A stretch of 60,504 nt of DNA, filler included, from Sphacelaria rigidula (taxonomy: Eukaryota): the NCBI GenBank assembly GCA_964200075.2. It is 5 parts of 5 records of this genome, joined end to end, with 100 filler letters (N's around TTAATTAATTAA, not from the genome) between each part and the next. Parts side by side here need not be neighbours in the genome. Positions count along the whole stretch, not along the records: positions 36,364 to 48,384 come from CAXNAA020004223.1; positions 48,485 to 60,504 come from CAXNAA020004224.1; 3 more parts are not named here. One strand, written 5' to 3'. The notes beneath the pieces are model-generated. The model was not told the origin of the DNA, did no database searches, and saw only the letters and a list, made by a program, of their open reading frames with translations. The position numbers and the translations under genes were made by a program. This document shows positions 38,051 to 51,757 of this stretch, piece by piece (position 1 is the stretch's first letter; every line of letters starts with the position of its first letter).

Positions 38051-40919
38051 CCCCACCCCCCTCCCCCCAAACATGAAGTATCGCTACCGCATGGCCTCGG
38101 GCACTGTACATGATCTCACCAAGAGTAGCTTAGCCAAGTTGTACGATTTGTAGACTTCCAGGTCCTTGCGAGTGGCCATATGCGAAATATCCAAGTTTAC
38201 ATGAAGACAGCGAAGTCGACGTGGATATTTCAATTTCCGCGATTTTTTTTTTCCCATATCCAGTTGAATTTTTGGCAAGTGGCTATGTCCGAAACTCAGG
38301 AGCCTAGCGAATCAGGGAAGTGACTTCGGCTGCTTTCGGTGGGGTGGTGCACAGTGTGTGAGACATGTAGTGGTGATATTTTCACCTTTCGGGGTCAAAA
38401 ACAATGTGATTTGACCCATGACTCGAGTCTCCAATCATGAATTATCGCATCTCTGCAAGAGACGGCCTCACTCACTCTTATCTTACGCAGAAAACGAAGT
38501 TTTTTTCGAAGCCTTAGTGCACCATACATACCGCCGTGCTACCGGAAACGTGTTCAAGATTCTGATGTTTCGGCCGCATGTTTCTGCAGCTGCATCATTC
38601 ACGTGCTTTACTACCAAGTATGTCGAAAATGTGCCCCCCGTGTTAGAACATCCCTGCTCCCCGCGATGCGCTATGGTTGTGGTGTGCAAGCCGGAGCGAG
38701 TCACGGATGCACAAGGTATTTTTCTGTCCGCGATGTCAGACGCCTGCTCGTGATATGGAAGAGACTCTCACCAAGTTTAGGACAAACAGGATGGGCCGTG
38801 TACAAATTTATCTTCATCCCCACCTTCCCCTCCAACCATAATTAGTACGATTCTGGCGGAACAATATCGACAGCGTGTACGTCACGCCTCATGTAACTCG
38901 CCGAACACATCACGGTGCTTCGTGCTTGGTGATTGCGAGCCTGGTCCGACTAAAACCCGACGTGCCCCGTCCCGGCTTCGTAGGGGTGCGAGGCCATTGG
39001 TTTTATCACGACGGCATGCAAGATCATGAGTACCCTTCCCCCCCTACCTCCTTTGCTTCTCCCTCCAGACTCCATTCTCCTGTTCGTGACCATGGTTTTC
39101 ATACTTGAACCCTTTTGGACCCCTCCCCTCCCGTCCCCGGGCCAGACGCCTCATTATTTCAAGTTCTGACATGGAAGAAAAGATGGAAACAGGAGAGACC
39201 GACGGCAACCATTTTTACCGTGGAAGACAAAAGAAGTCTCCAGAAGCATACGTCATGGGTGTATCGAAAATGAAACCCCGGAGTGGTCGGGTTGGGTTTG
39301 TTCAATGATATCACGCGACGGGCGAAGTGTGTCCAATCGTATGCATCGACAAAACCCTCGCAAAACAGTACAAGCTCCCATATAGGTGATTTTCGTCAGT
39401 GGTCAGTGGGAAATACCTCACTTCGAGTTCGGTGCGCGAATATGTTACATCAGTATACTTGAACTTAGAGTGGCGCACTATTATACTTGAAATTAGAATG
39501 GTTCGCCATTTTGGTGAGCTGCATCATCAAGAGTTGGCGAGCGTAGGAAGCCACACTATGCGGCGACAATGATTTGGCGGAGCAAGTGGAAATCCCGTCG
39601 CCACAAGTGGAGGCGCTGAAGAGCGACCCATATGCATTTCACGTTCGGCTGGAAGAGGCGGCTGAGAAGTACGGCCAGGACGCTGCCAGGCGTTCCGCTG
39701 AAAAAGCTGCAAGAGCGGTTAGGGAAACCCATTGCCACCCGGCGCGCACCGGCCGCCCCGCTCGCTTACCCTCGCTTACCGAACGTCAGCACAGTAACCG
39801 CAGCAATAAAAACGCTGCGAGGCACACAGGATTATGTGGAAGACATCAGGCGGACGTGAATGCCAGGGTCCAGACCGGCGACATACTGGCAAACGGACGA
39901 CAACCGACCGGGACAGCCTTTCGCAGCCAGCCTAACCCAACCATAAGTACAGTCAGTGAACACACTTTACTATAGTCCGCTTGAACTGAATAACGATGTC
40001 ACGGCCTTCCATGCAAGAAGACAGAAGGTGTGTATTACCATTGCATGAAACCCCAACGCAGCCCACGAGGACATTCGGTCCGAACGCGTTAGCGCCAGCC
40101 GGAGTAATACACCTCACGCAGCACAAAATGGGGCTCTGCAACGTTCAGGCATGATCAACCCGCAGTATAGAGGTGGTGTCGTGGAAACGTACAACACCAA
40201 GCGCAGGATGAGATATGCGGTGAGATCACAGCCTACGAAGTGATAGCCTGTATCGGATATGCCAAAGTGACGGCCCCCACCTACCCTGCACCAGGAGTAT
40301 GTATAACGGTGGGGTACATGGCATCCTTGTCTCTATTATGCAATGATCAAAGCGCAGTGTGGTACCGTATAAACGCGGGCGATGGAGTACAGTAACATGC
40401 ATGGCGTGAGTTTACACTGGAAATGAGCTGAAAATATCATGATCATACGCAGTACAGAGGAGTAGGTGAACACATCCCACAGGGCCTGACGGTGACCGTC
40501 TCCGAATACATCCAGTAGACGGGGGCATAGCTGAGGTAAATGTGCCGTCGGCGGCGCCTTTGTTATTGCAACTTAGGCGCAGGCTTGCCATGATGCGGCA
40601 CAAAATATCTACTGCAGGTGCGGCGTGAAGATTGCTTCACAAAAGGTCAACCATGCACTATGACGGGGATTAACAAACACTGGCGGGTCGAACAATTCGT
40701 CATATCCGTAAAAAAGAGGAGTTTCTCTTCTTTTACGTTCTATTCGCATGGGTCTGAAAAACACGCTTGGGGCGAATCGTTTGCTCAAAGGCTGTAGAAA
40801 AACAATCATTTTTTGCCCGATTAAACGTCAAATGTAAATCGTCAATTTTCCATCAACGGTTCCAAAAGGATTAGTCGACCGCAGTCCCCCCCCTTCGGCC
40901 CCCCCTCCGCCAAAAGCAG

Positions 40920-42637
40920 ACGAAAACGCGTCGGACGACGACAGATATAGCGGTGATGATGATGATCACCATCGCATGGGCATGGGCCATCGGGGCGGCG
41001 GCGGCGGCAGCGGAATGATGAGCATCGGCGGGGCCGGTAGCGGCGGCGGCGGCGGAGGCTCGTCATCAAGCTCCCCCTCCTCCCTTTCCCGAACCGTATC
41101 TCCACCCGCCCTATTGATCCCGCGACGAACGGACTCATCGGGACACGGCGGTAGCGATAGTCCCATTTTGCCCCCACCGATGAAAATGCCGAGGCTAGAC
41201 GACCCGATCGGCGGCGGTGGGGGCGCGGTGACGGGGTTAGTGGGCGTTGGCGGCGTCGGGGGACTGACGGGCGGCTTGGGCGGGGGATTAGGGGTGGTTG
41301 GTGGGTTAGGCATCGGTAGTGGGTTAGAGACGGTTGGGGGAGGGTTAGGGATTGGCGGCGAGGCATTAACAGCGGGCGCCGGAGGTTTAGGCGGTGATGG
41401 GTTAGGTCTCGACGGGAGCGGTTTAGTGGGTATTGGCGGTGGAATAGGCGGCAGTGGGATAGTTGGCGGTGGAATAGGCGGGGATGATTCGACGGCGGCG
41501 GCAGCGACGGCAGCGGCGGCAGCGGCGGCAGCGGCGGCAGCAACACCGGTGTCGTCGTCGTCGTCTACGGCGGCGGCGGGGGGGGGGACGGCGGCAGCGG
41601 ATGCAGCCGGCATATCTCCCCCGGACGTGCCGTCTCCGGGAAGCGCTACTTACCACGCCTTCGGTGGTTTGAGTTTGTATCCGAGCGGTGCTGAGTTGTC
41701 TCCGTCAGGAGGGACGACTGCGACAATGCCAATACCAATACCAACGCCAACCCTAGCGCCAGCGCCAGCAGTGGCCAGCGTGGAAATGCCGACGCCGACG
41801 CCTCACCAACAACTCTTCGTATCATCACCATTATTATCCTCCACATTGTCGCCATCGCCGTCGTCATCGACGCCATTGTTAGGCACTCCCGCCGCTGCCG
41901 CCGCCCCTGCCGCCGCCACCGCGGCAGGCGTAGCCTCGACCTCGGCGGGTAGCGCGTTGACGGCAGCCGCGGGAGGCACGACACAAGAAACCAAGCCGTC
42001 TCCGTCCGCATTTATGTTTGGCGTGGGCGGCACCGGCGGGTTGGGACTTGATCCTTCCACGGATAACGGTTCCGGCAGCGCCCTCGTTCAAGCGCCGACC
42101 GGTGCATCGTTATTATCGCCGTCATCCTTGGGCAGCGACGGCGGCGGAGGAGCAGCAGCAGCAGCAGCAGCAGAGGCGGCGACAACAACGCCAGGATTTC
42201 CACAAGAAACCAGAGGCGCTTTCAGCCCGCCGGGGATAGGGGGCGGAGTTTCGGGTTCTGCTCTCGTTGTTTCCTCTCCTTTGCCGCAGCACCAGGAGCC
42301 GTCGCACCACGTCGCTTTCACGGGTATGGCCGCAACTGGTGGAGAGGGGTCAATTCCCGCGGAGGCCATGCAGTCGGCAGCCACGCTCGTGCCGGGCTCC
42401 TCGCCTTCTACTGCAGGACCAACGGCAGCAGCGACGGAGGGCGCGCTATCTCCGTCGCCGTTAGGTAGTCCCGGTGTGGAGACTCTCGATGCTGGCGGCA
42501 GTGCCGGCGGTGGTAACGGGGCTGGTTCGACCGAGGCTATTGCGTCCGCTTTTATTGGCGAAGCTGGTGATTTGATGAGCGGAGAAGGCAGCGTGCTGTC
42601 CGCGGTGGTGCCCGCGGGCTCCATGGGCTTCGGAGAG
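40920..42637 (+). CDS. Large exon of a Gly/Ala/Ser/Pro-rich, probably disordered protein
   Basis: C-rich tract plus AAGCAG| acceptor; ~570 open codons (DENASDDDRYSGDDDDHHRMG...GSMGFGE); donor GAG|GTGACT phase 0; no domain recognised. Confidence 0.72.
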
Positions 42638-43603
42638 GTGACTACTCTTGCTTGCTCACCGACTTGCGGGTCGCTGATTGCAGATTTTTCGGAATCGTTT
42701 CGTGTTGTTCCGGCGTTGATCGAGTCTAGAGCATTTCCCTTTGATCTGGTCTTGCTCGTTTCTGATTCACGGATGTTTGTGTTCGTTTTTAGTGTTGGAT
42801 TTCTTACTGACTGCGCATAATCCCTTGCTTGTAGTTGTCATAAACATCACTACTATCACCATCTCATCATGATTCGTTCGTGCCTGTTCTCAGTCATACT
42901 CGCGCGCCGCGTGAGGATGCCCACAGATTTACGCTGCTACCGTTTCGATGGAAGGGTGTTTCTTAATCGGTACAACAGGTGCCGCTTCGAGGGGTTGAAG
43001 TCTCGAACGTCACCGGATGATTTTTTGCGCTCACTTTATTACTTGAAGTACAAGGTTTGTCTTTATCATTGTTGTATTTATTTCGTTTTATATTATGTAT
43101 ATGTACTAGGCTTCGCTAGGGGTGAGGCAGTAGAGTTACGGATTCCGAGGAAGAACATTGTCGTGCCCTGCTGCCGAAGGATCTCCAGAGCGAGTCGTAA
43201 TTCTCTCTTGTCGTTTAGACTAGGATTTTGTTGTGGCCGATGCTAGGCAAGAACACTCGAACGAGCCGGTACGGCAGTACCGGTAACGTTCAACCAGGGT
43301 TCATGCGGTGGCTCTGTTGTTCCGAGCTCTTTTAACCTGCGACCCTGTTGCCTAAGTTGCCGGAGGTCCAGTTCCACAGGCTTGAACGTTTCGAGTCCGC
43401 TTCTGTATGTCACGTGCGGACCCCGTCCCTGAGACTCTTTCTCCGGCTTACATGTGCAGCGCTGGTGTTCATTGCGCTCGTACATATGTGATCTCCACAT
43501 TTATATTTTTATATTTGTACTTGTGATACTAGACATTGCTGGTTTGTTGTTTTCGTCATCCACCATTTGCGTGCTGATTTACCCCCCTCGAAAAAAACAG
43601 CAG

Positions 43604-43795
43604 GTTGGTGCCGCGCCAGTCGCCGAAGGGGGTTTGCTAACCGGCGCAGCCGGTACCGCTTCGACTGCGGCGTTATCCGAGGGGGGCAACAGGTCTAGCG
43701 CAGCATCGGTTTCTACGACAGCCGTAACACCTGCTACGCAGGACGAAGATCGGGGGGCGGGCGGGACGGGATCCGATTCTCTTCCTTCTTCATGA
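43604..43795 (+). CDS. Terminal exon of the low-complexity protein
   Basis: CAGCAG| tandem acceptor, phase 0; VGAAPVAEGG...SDSLPSS*; same composition as the previous exon. Confidence 0.72.
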   Translation, partial: VGAAPVAEGGLLTGAAGTASTAALSEGGNRSSAASVSTTAVTPATQDEDRGAGGTGSDSLPSS

Positions 43796-46700
43796 ATGCC
43801 GCGTGGAAAATATTTGGTGGTGGGCGTCGAAAACGTGAAGAAATAAGAGTAGGTTTTGGATCTTGGCTGATTTGAGTTGGGTTTCGGTTGGCTGGTTGGT
43901 TGCGTGGCGTGTGATTGCTAAATTAGAGACATCAATCTTTCTTTGTGTAACAAATGTTCTTTTTGTGTGTTGTTTGTTGTCCATTTCATTTGCTTTGTTC
44001 GTTTTGTTCATTTTGACCTCGCTTTATCTTTTCGCTGTCGTATTTTTGTCTTTGCTGCTTCTGCCTTTTTTGTTTCTTTTCCCCTTTTCTCCTTTTTTGT
44101 TTCTTTTTCCCTTTCTCTTTTTTTTTCATCACCATGCACGGGATGGGAGTGTGCGGTGTTGGGTCTTCTTGTACACATATTACATTTTACGTTCATATAT
44201 ATTTGTATCTTTTGTCGTTGGCTGTCTTCGTGCTGCCCTTCCAGTGTCTTCTTTCTCTTTTTCTGTCGTGTTTCGTGCCATGTATGCCCTCGGTGGTTAC
44301 TGTTCGTTTTGTTTTTCAGTTTTGTACGTGTATCGGCGTCGTGGGCAGAGGAATATTGAACTCTCACCGCATTTTCGGGGTATTGCTAATGCGTTGGATC
44401 GAATACCAGCTACAGAAGGGAACATGAGACGCCCCCCCCGCCCTCGCGGGCGAAGTCTTCGTTGTGGCCACGCCTGCGAGATTTTTGTTTTTTGAGAAAC
44501 GACAGGCGATTAAAAAAGTATTTATTTTTTCTTGTTTTCATTATTCTTCCATTTACATACACGGCGTTTGTTTATTTTTTTCTTTTCCCCTGTTATCCCA
44601 ACTTTTTCACGTACCCGTCGGCCCACATGGCATTTTTTTAGCGTGTCTTGTTGCCCTCCGTATCTTATCGTTGTCACTCGAGAGCTACGTCTGCAGGATA
44701 ATCTTACACAAAGCTGCACGAGACGGGGAAAATCTCTAGTATGAAGATGTTTGTGTGGCTGAGTACATCTTGTCCGAGAGGATCGTCGTCTGTTTATTAA
44801 TTTTGCTAATTATCTATGTGCTCTCGTATGTGTCTATGTAGCTGACAGCGAGGTCGCGCACCTTGCCCGATTCGAGACTCGTGATGTCGACTGTTTCCTG
44901 ACGTATCATAGCGGCACCTTCCATCTCGAAAAGCTCTTGCGCTGAGGTCTGTCTCCGGTGTACCTGCAGACAGTTTCGAAAGGACACGTCGTGTTGTAGT
45001 GGAGGAACGTACGATGGCATAGGTACATGAAGCGGTCTCCGGGGCTTGCGACCTACGTCACCCCCGTTCGGTGTGCGGATAGTGTATGCACGAAACTATG
45101 CACTTTGTTGAACATTTGAGAGAAAACGCGCCCTTGTTTTTTTTTTTTTGTGTGTGCGTTCTGCGCTAAATCACGTGTTGTGTTTGCTTGTGGGAAGTAC
45201 GTTGCCTGCTCAAGCCGAGAGTAGTCTTTATCCTGCCCAACAACCCCCTGTTGTTGTCTTGACGAAACGGAGGACTGAGAACCCGCACTCGTTTGCACCC
45301 ACGTTAGACCGGCTGTCACAGGTGCCTTGTCGGTGCTCTCTAGTTGGAGAGTCTGGTTTCGTGGGTGTACTGTGGTAGTGCGGAGCACACTCAGGTTGAT
45401 GGTCCTACAGACACTGGGTCTATTCTTGGGGGCCAGCCAGCCAGCAAGCTCCTGGTCGTGGGGCATACCCTTTTGCACATGATTGTCTAGGGGACCGCGG
45501 AACTCCAGGAACATCCGGAACGTGCTCCTCGCATGTGGGGGTTTTGCGGGGGTACTCAATACACAGAAAAGATTAATCACGGATTTTCGAGCGAAGGATG
45601 GGCGGGTTGATTTTTCACTTGTGCGTGTGCGTGTGTTTCCTTTTCATATATTTTAAAATTGTTTCTCACCGTTTCTACCTGGTCGGCCGCACACAATGGA
45701 CAAAAAAAATGGTCTCTTGGCTGTTGCATGTTGCACTGCCCACGGAACAATGAACCAATCGATCAATCAGTCGGTGCGTTAGTTAGTGTGTCGGTCAGTC
45801 GGTCAGTCAGTCACTCAGGTCTTTTCCCATCTATTCTGCGTGTGATAGAGCGATCTCGCTGGTACTAGTACCAATACTATACAGTAGTACTTCTCCTGAG
45901 GGAAGAGGAAAGCGAAGTGTGTTGCGTGAAAATGAATCTGTTGATGGGGCACACACCGTACTAGTAGATAATGACGAATGGAGGACGTGTCACCTCGGCC
46001 GAGGTGACGTGATGAAAAAAATCCCAAGTACTACGTTTTTTTGCTTGTCTCAGTTTCCTCCGAAACCTCGTCCTTTCGGGGACCGCGCACCTCGAGCTGT
46101 CACAACCGACGTTCCCTACCCCCGTCGAACATCGTCATACGAAAGTGCACCCGGCATCGTTTCTAAGGCGGTGGGAGGATAGGGCAGGGCTGACGGTGTG
46201 CAGGCACTTCTCAGTTTTTCAGGTACTACTCTGAAGTTCCTGGGTATGTCGTTGTTGAGTCGATACGACACTAGAGCAGGTGTATGTACCCCCCGGGGTA
46301 TGCGTTGCAGTATTTCCGACAGTCGATTGATGGCGTCAGGTACGCCTTGGGTAGTTCCTCGGCGTGTACTCCATGTGGTCGGTGGAGTACCGCACCCTCT
46401 CTCGTGGCACCGCCCCTGGAAGATCTTTCGGTGAAACGGCGGTGGAACAAGGGATGTTTCGACGCATCTTCAGATGTTTCGATTTAAACGGCAGATGTTT
46501 CACCGAAAGAGTAGATGTTGTGGCGAAGGGGCGGGCATTTTGATGAAACGGCTGATGTTTCGGGAGGAGTATCTGTAGTGCAGGGCCGTGCTTACTCGAT
46601 AATACGTAAGTTCGAAAACTTCACCTTCCAGAGTTCGATCACAGTCCAACACTTTTGGTATCGGTCACGAGGTCAAGGGAAAGCTTAACGATAAAGCAAG

Positions 46701-48384
46701 GGGGCGGGCAGAGGGGTATCGTATACACGACACTTTTCCAAGGAAGAACGAGAAGGTTTTATCCCGGAGAAAGCTTGGTTGAATTTGCAGCGGCAGACGG
46801 ACAGCCTTCCGTAATGTGCGGGTAGAAAGCTGGGTCGAACGACGAAAAAGAGAAGGAGGCATTCTCCAGAATAGTATCTATATATATATATATAGAGTAC
46901 ATACATTCCTGTGTTGGTCATTTTCTGGCGACGTTCGCGTATTTTTGTTCGAAGCAGATTCAGAACAAAAAACGCCCAGGTTTATATATTGCGGTACGGT
47001 GTGGTGCGAGTGAGCCGTGCCGCAAATGTGTGTGTTTGCATGTGTGTGTACTCGACGACACACAGGACTTCTTGGAGAAACCTTCCAAGGGCAGGTCGAA
47101 TAGAGTATACTCAGTTGCGGGGTATTTTGAAAGTCGTACTTGAAGTACACAAATTGGGGGTAGCGTTTTAGGGATCGCTTTCCAGTTACTTTTCGGGTAC
47201 GACTCCTGACACTCTACCCTAATTTGAGTACCTCAAGTACGTCTTGCAAAATACCTCGCATTTGAGTATAATCTACTCGATCTACTTTTTTCAAGTTCTC
47301 TCCTCCTTGTTATTTGAGTGCTAAAAGCGTATGTATATCCTCGAGCCTTTTTTTTATGTGGGTGTGGTCAGTCTTGACGGGAAGATTCGCTTCACCACGC
47401 TTAATTATTAGATGGAAACGTCCCCCCATGGAAACGGTTGACGAATTTAAGGATAGGGTCATAAGAGACCTTTGAGGTAGGCACTTCGCCTTCGTTCCCA
47501 CCCCGTTCCCCACAGGGTACATGGAATGGCATTTGCACATTAAGGCAGGAGGTGGAATCCAACGTACCCCTAGGTTTTCTATGCTGGAGAAACCCAGGGG
47601 CGGCTAACTATCCTCCTTCCACAATTTCCCTTTTGCGAATGCCGTGACTCACTGCTCCATAACTCGGGGGTTGGGTGTCGCTAATGACGGGTTATAGACG
47701 TTTCGATTGGGAGCTCCTGGGGGTATGAATCCCCCCCCCCCCTCCCTCCTCTTGAAGTCAAGGAACGGATGCAGCGTGTCGCTTCAAAACTTGGAAAGGT
47801 CATTATTATTCCGTGTGGTGGGTCTTTCTGCTCAAGGTGGCCCTTCCCACGTCGTTCTGTCCCACGCCCCCCCCCTCTGTCGCTTCCGACGAGAAGGAAC
47901 TTACAGCAGATACTAAGCGTTGAGATTTCGATGTTATTGTTCACCACTACGAGTGTGTGACTCGATTTTTCGAAGCACACCTTCATTACTCACATGCACT
48001 CGACAATATAGTTTTTTTTTTTATGAGGAGTCACCAGCATACCGTTCTCTCACGTAATTTTATTTTTTTATAGAGTTACGATTGTGATGATCAGTATTGT
48101 CTGGCTTTTGGCAAGCGGCATACATGTGAATATGGTCTTTTCTTCCTCGCAAAGTCGACTCTGTAGGAAAAATTGAGCTTGCTGTGGGCTTTTGGCCTTT
48201 CTGCTGTGCGTGCTTTATCGGAGAGGGTAGCTTTGTTGAGGTTCTGGGCTCTGAACGCTTAGTTTCGCAGTAGGGTTGTAGGCCAGCCGGCGGGGCCGAG
48301 GGTCAGGGTGGGGGGGGGGGGGTGTGAGGGTAACAAAAATAACGGGGGGGGCGACCGAGCGACCCCGGGAGAGGGCGGGTGAGG

Positions 48385-48484
48385 NNNNNNNNNNNNNNNN
48401 NNNNNNNNNNNNNNNNNNNNNNNNNNNNTTAATTAATTAANNNNNNNNNNNNNNNNNNNNNNNNNNNNNNNNNNNNNNNNNNNN
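48385..48484. other. Artificial contig spacer
   Basis: 100-bp N/TTAATTAATTAA block. Confidence 0.98.
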
Positions 48485-48564
48485 TTTCTGGCCATTTTTC
48501 GTACCTTTCCTAGGCAAAAAACGAGAAGGTATACCTTTTCCAGGCCATCGCCCTTTCTATTTTT

Positions 48565-48803
48565 AGTAGCTCACCTTTCTTCTGCGGTGCTTGCCTTTTT
48601 CTTGTTTTCATCACGAGAGGGGTTCAGCAGTCCTTTTCCCTCGTCGACCGCTAAGTCGAATTTTGTGTACCCACGACATAGTTAATAGTCGCTCTCGACT
48701 GTTGGGCATTGTGTAAAAAAAAATCCCAGATCGCTCCGAGAACTGAACCCAAGACCCAACCGTCAGAAGGTTCCGAGGTTACCAACTGAGCCACCGGGCC
48801 GAC
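48565..48803 (-). mobile_element. SINE family A copy
   Basis: Minus strand GGCCCGGTGGCTCAGTTGGTAACCTCGGAACCTTCTGACGG...GGGTTCAGTTC head plus body. Confidence 0.8.
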
Positions 48804-50038
48804 CGTGCTATAGAGCTCTAGCACTTGTGAAGAGTGCCTGCCGCTTGTTGCAATTCGTGCTGTTCTACCTACTACTGCATGTATGGTGGATATCGGACAG
48901 TATATATGTACGAGTATCAACTCGCTCAATATTATGCCGTCCACTCGACATATTTATAACAGCTGATTATCAAAATTGAGGGTGGAGCTTTTTATTGAGG
49001 ATGATATCCCGGAGAATATGAATCTTCGCGTCCACACCAATTCTTCGAAATATTGTTCCATTCCTTCATCTACTGGTAGCTTTTGACAACTACTACACGC
49101 CATTGAAATTTGGATTCCGTTGACCGAAATTCGAGGCTTGGAGGTCCTAGGTGAAGAATTAATTCTTGGGAATTCTGTAAGTGATCCGGTCGGATCACGC
49201 GAGTTCCCAACCGGATCACCTGAATTCCCAACATTTTCTTTTGAACCTAGGACACCCAAATTTCGGTCATCGGAATCCATTTTTTCATGTCGTACAGTAG
49301 TTGTTGTTGATAGCTACCGGCAGATGGAGGAATTGAATCATATCTCGAAGAATTGATGCGGGTCTGAAGATTATAATTTTCCGGTTAAACATCCTCAATG
49401 AAAAGCTGCATCCTCAATGTCGGTGATCGGCTGTTCTTTGCGTTGTGCTGCACGAAGAAAAATACTTGGAACCAACCGTTTTTTTCGTGGAAACCTTCCC
49501 CATACCCGCGCCCCCCTCGACCCAACGCCACTCCACCTCGTTCTCTTGTACGCCTACGTTGCAGCATCGCAGTNNNNNNNNNNCCCCCCCCCCCCCCCCC
49601 CCCCCCCCACCCCCACCCCATCGTGGGATCACTTTCTACACTATTTTACGCCGACACTCAGACCTACAGAGTGTGTACAGTTTTGTTGAAATACTTCGCC
49701 TTCTCAGCGTATTACTTTTTTCATCGTGCCTCGAGAGAGGGAGAGCCGACGACAAGAAAATGAAACGCCAATAAACGTTGCACTCTCAACGATGGAGGAC
49801 ATTCGGCGCTCACTACTTACTACTCGTATCAGTGCAAGCGGTCGCCAAGGAGGGGTTTTGCTTCGCCCCAACCAACAAAAAATAGCGCCATATTTCCCGG
49901 CGTGAGGCCCTCGCTATTGAAACGAACTCCGCGGGTTCGGGGAAAGGCACTCACTGCAGCGATTCGGCACCGCTCTGCAACCCACACCGTGGTGAAAATG
50001 GTGGCTGGTGCGCTTCAAGATCGCTGCGAAAGATGTAC

Positions 50039-50312
50039 AATGACTCGAGTGCTCACCCTATTAATTGTCTCCACAACGAGCAATGACTCGAATGCTCGCC
50101 TTATCAATTTGTCCACAACGAGCATGACTCGAGTGCTCGCTCCATCATTTTTTCCACAACGAGCAATGACTCGAGTGCTCGCCCTATTCATTTGTTTCCA
50201 CAACGAGCAATGATTCAAGTGCTTGCCCCATCAATCTTTTTCCCCAACGGGCTATGACTCGAGTGCTCGCCCTATATACTTTTCCCACAATGACCAATGA
50301 CTCGAGTGCTCG
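50039..50312. repeat. Minisatellite, ~42-bp unit, ~6.5 copies
   Basis: AATGACTCGAGTGCTCGCCC-(T-rich)-CCACAACGAGC in tandem. Confidence 0.92.
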
Positions 50313-51487
50313 TGCTCGAGTCATTTACTTTTTCACGTGGTGTGACCCGTTTGCTCGTTTGCTCGAGTCATCTATTTCTTCATCACGAGCAATGACTCGC
50401 TTGCTTGCGTCTTTTCTGGACAACCCAAGGACCATTCATCAGTCAATGAAGTGACGAACGAGTGAGCGAGACGCCTGGTGAAACAACGGTAGGATTTGGT
50501 ACTATTGTGACCACTACAAATCGTACCAATCCCTTTGAATGGTATGTTTGTGGCACTCTTCCCCACCATCGTGTGTTCGCGGCAGGTTTCTACTTGTGTA
50601 ATTTTGACAACGACGCAGGTGCTGTCTCTTCCACAAAAAAACCCGCTCCCCCGTCCCAAATTCCGTCCGTTCACTGGGTCAAGGGCAGAACAGGCTAGAA
50701 AAAGACGCCCTCATCAAGTCAATGAAACCGATATCTGGAAAATGCCATACAATCGAAGAGTCAAGAAAAAATAGTTGATCCGATGATACACTGAGAATTG
50801 GATCCCCCTCCAGATATTGAGCAACTGAAAGTATGACAACAATATGGTCACTATTTTTGTCCATTTTCAATTGTTATTGGGGCCATTAAAACACGCATTT
50901 ACTTTCTCAGTACTTCACTCGACGTTTGAACCGGCAAAAAAAGCCGCCCCGTTTCGGGACGTCACACACAAACATGAGATTGCATACATGTATACCCCCA
51001 CCCCACCCTGTAGAACAAACAAAAGAATTTCTCCAGCCCAATCGAACTGTAAAGCAGCAAAAATATATAACCAAAATAATATCCCCCGTCTTGATACAAA
51101 GAGGTATCATGCCCGGACATTGTGCTCCGCGGTAGGCATTTTTCACTCGCATGTGCCATGAAACAATGACTTCATTACATGCTACGCCTGGACGGTAACC
51201 ATCGTTAAATCGACAATAACACTATGGCAATCATCAACGGCCTGTCGACGGGGGGGGGGGGGGAGCCAAGAGAGGCCAGCCTCATCACCACTCATGTCAT
51301 GACCACACATGCATGCTTCACCGCGGCTCGGCTGTTCCTTCCCCTTACGCCGTCCATCGCAAACATCCAAAGCAATCTGAGGAGATGTGAATTGTTGGAG
51401 CTCATCTGAAGTGTCAGCAGCGGGGATATTAGAGCTCGGAAATGGTACCAGTTATAACTGGCCACTATCAACACAATGGTAACAATT

Positions 51488-51753
51488 AGGGCTGTGAACT
51501 GGAGCAGTTTGTACTGGTGATCAAACTGGAATTGGAGTTTAACTGGAACTGGTGATGAGGACTCCAGTTCATCCAGTTCATTTGAAGTTTGGCGATACCG
51601 GCTATGTTTATACCAATTTTAGTATGGTGATTTTATAACAAAGATACTTACATTGATACGAACAAAATGAGAGTAGAGTTGAGGCCTGCACCTGACAGCA
51701 GTACAAGTACAGACAGTACTCGTGGTACGAGCTGGGCCAGCCTAGAAGCGGAT
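51488..51753 (+). repeat. ~265-bp direct repeat beginning TAGGGCTGTGAAC (second copy 52689-52954)
   Basis: Colinear similarity between the two copies; hAT-like terminus. Confidence 0.85.
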
Positions 51754-51757
51754 GCGG

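Noticed and set aside
39574-39975. 133-aa ORF as an upstream exon of the low-complexity gene
   Set aside because: No recognisable family and no convincing phase-compatible splice sites
40842-42624. Pro- and Arg-rich minus-strand ORFs
   Set aside because: Antisense shadows of the Gly/Ala-rich plus-strand exon, which carries the splice signals
43863-44495. 210-aa hydrophobic ORF
   Set aside because: Arises from T-rich low-complexity sequence downstream of a stop codon, probably 3' UTR
50039-50312. CRISPR-like array
   Set aside because: Linkers are ~12 nt and similar to each other, there are no cas genes, and the context is eukaryotic; it is a minisatellite
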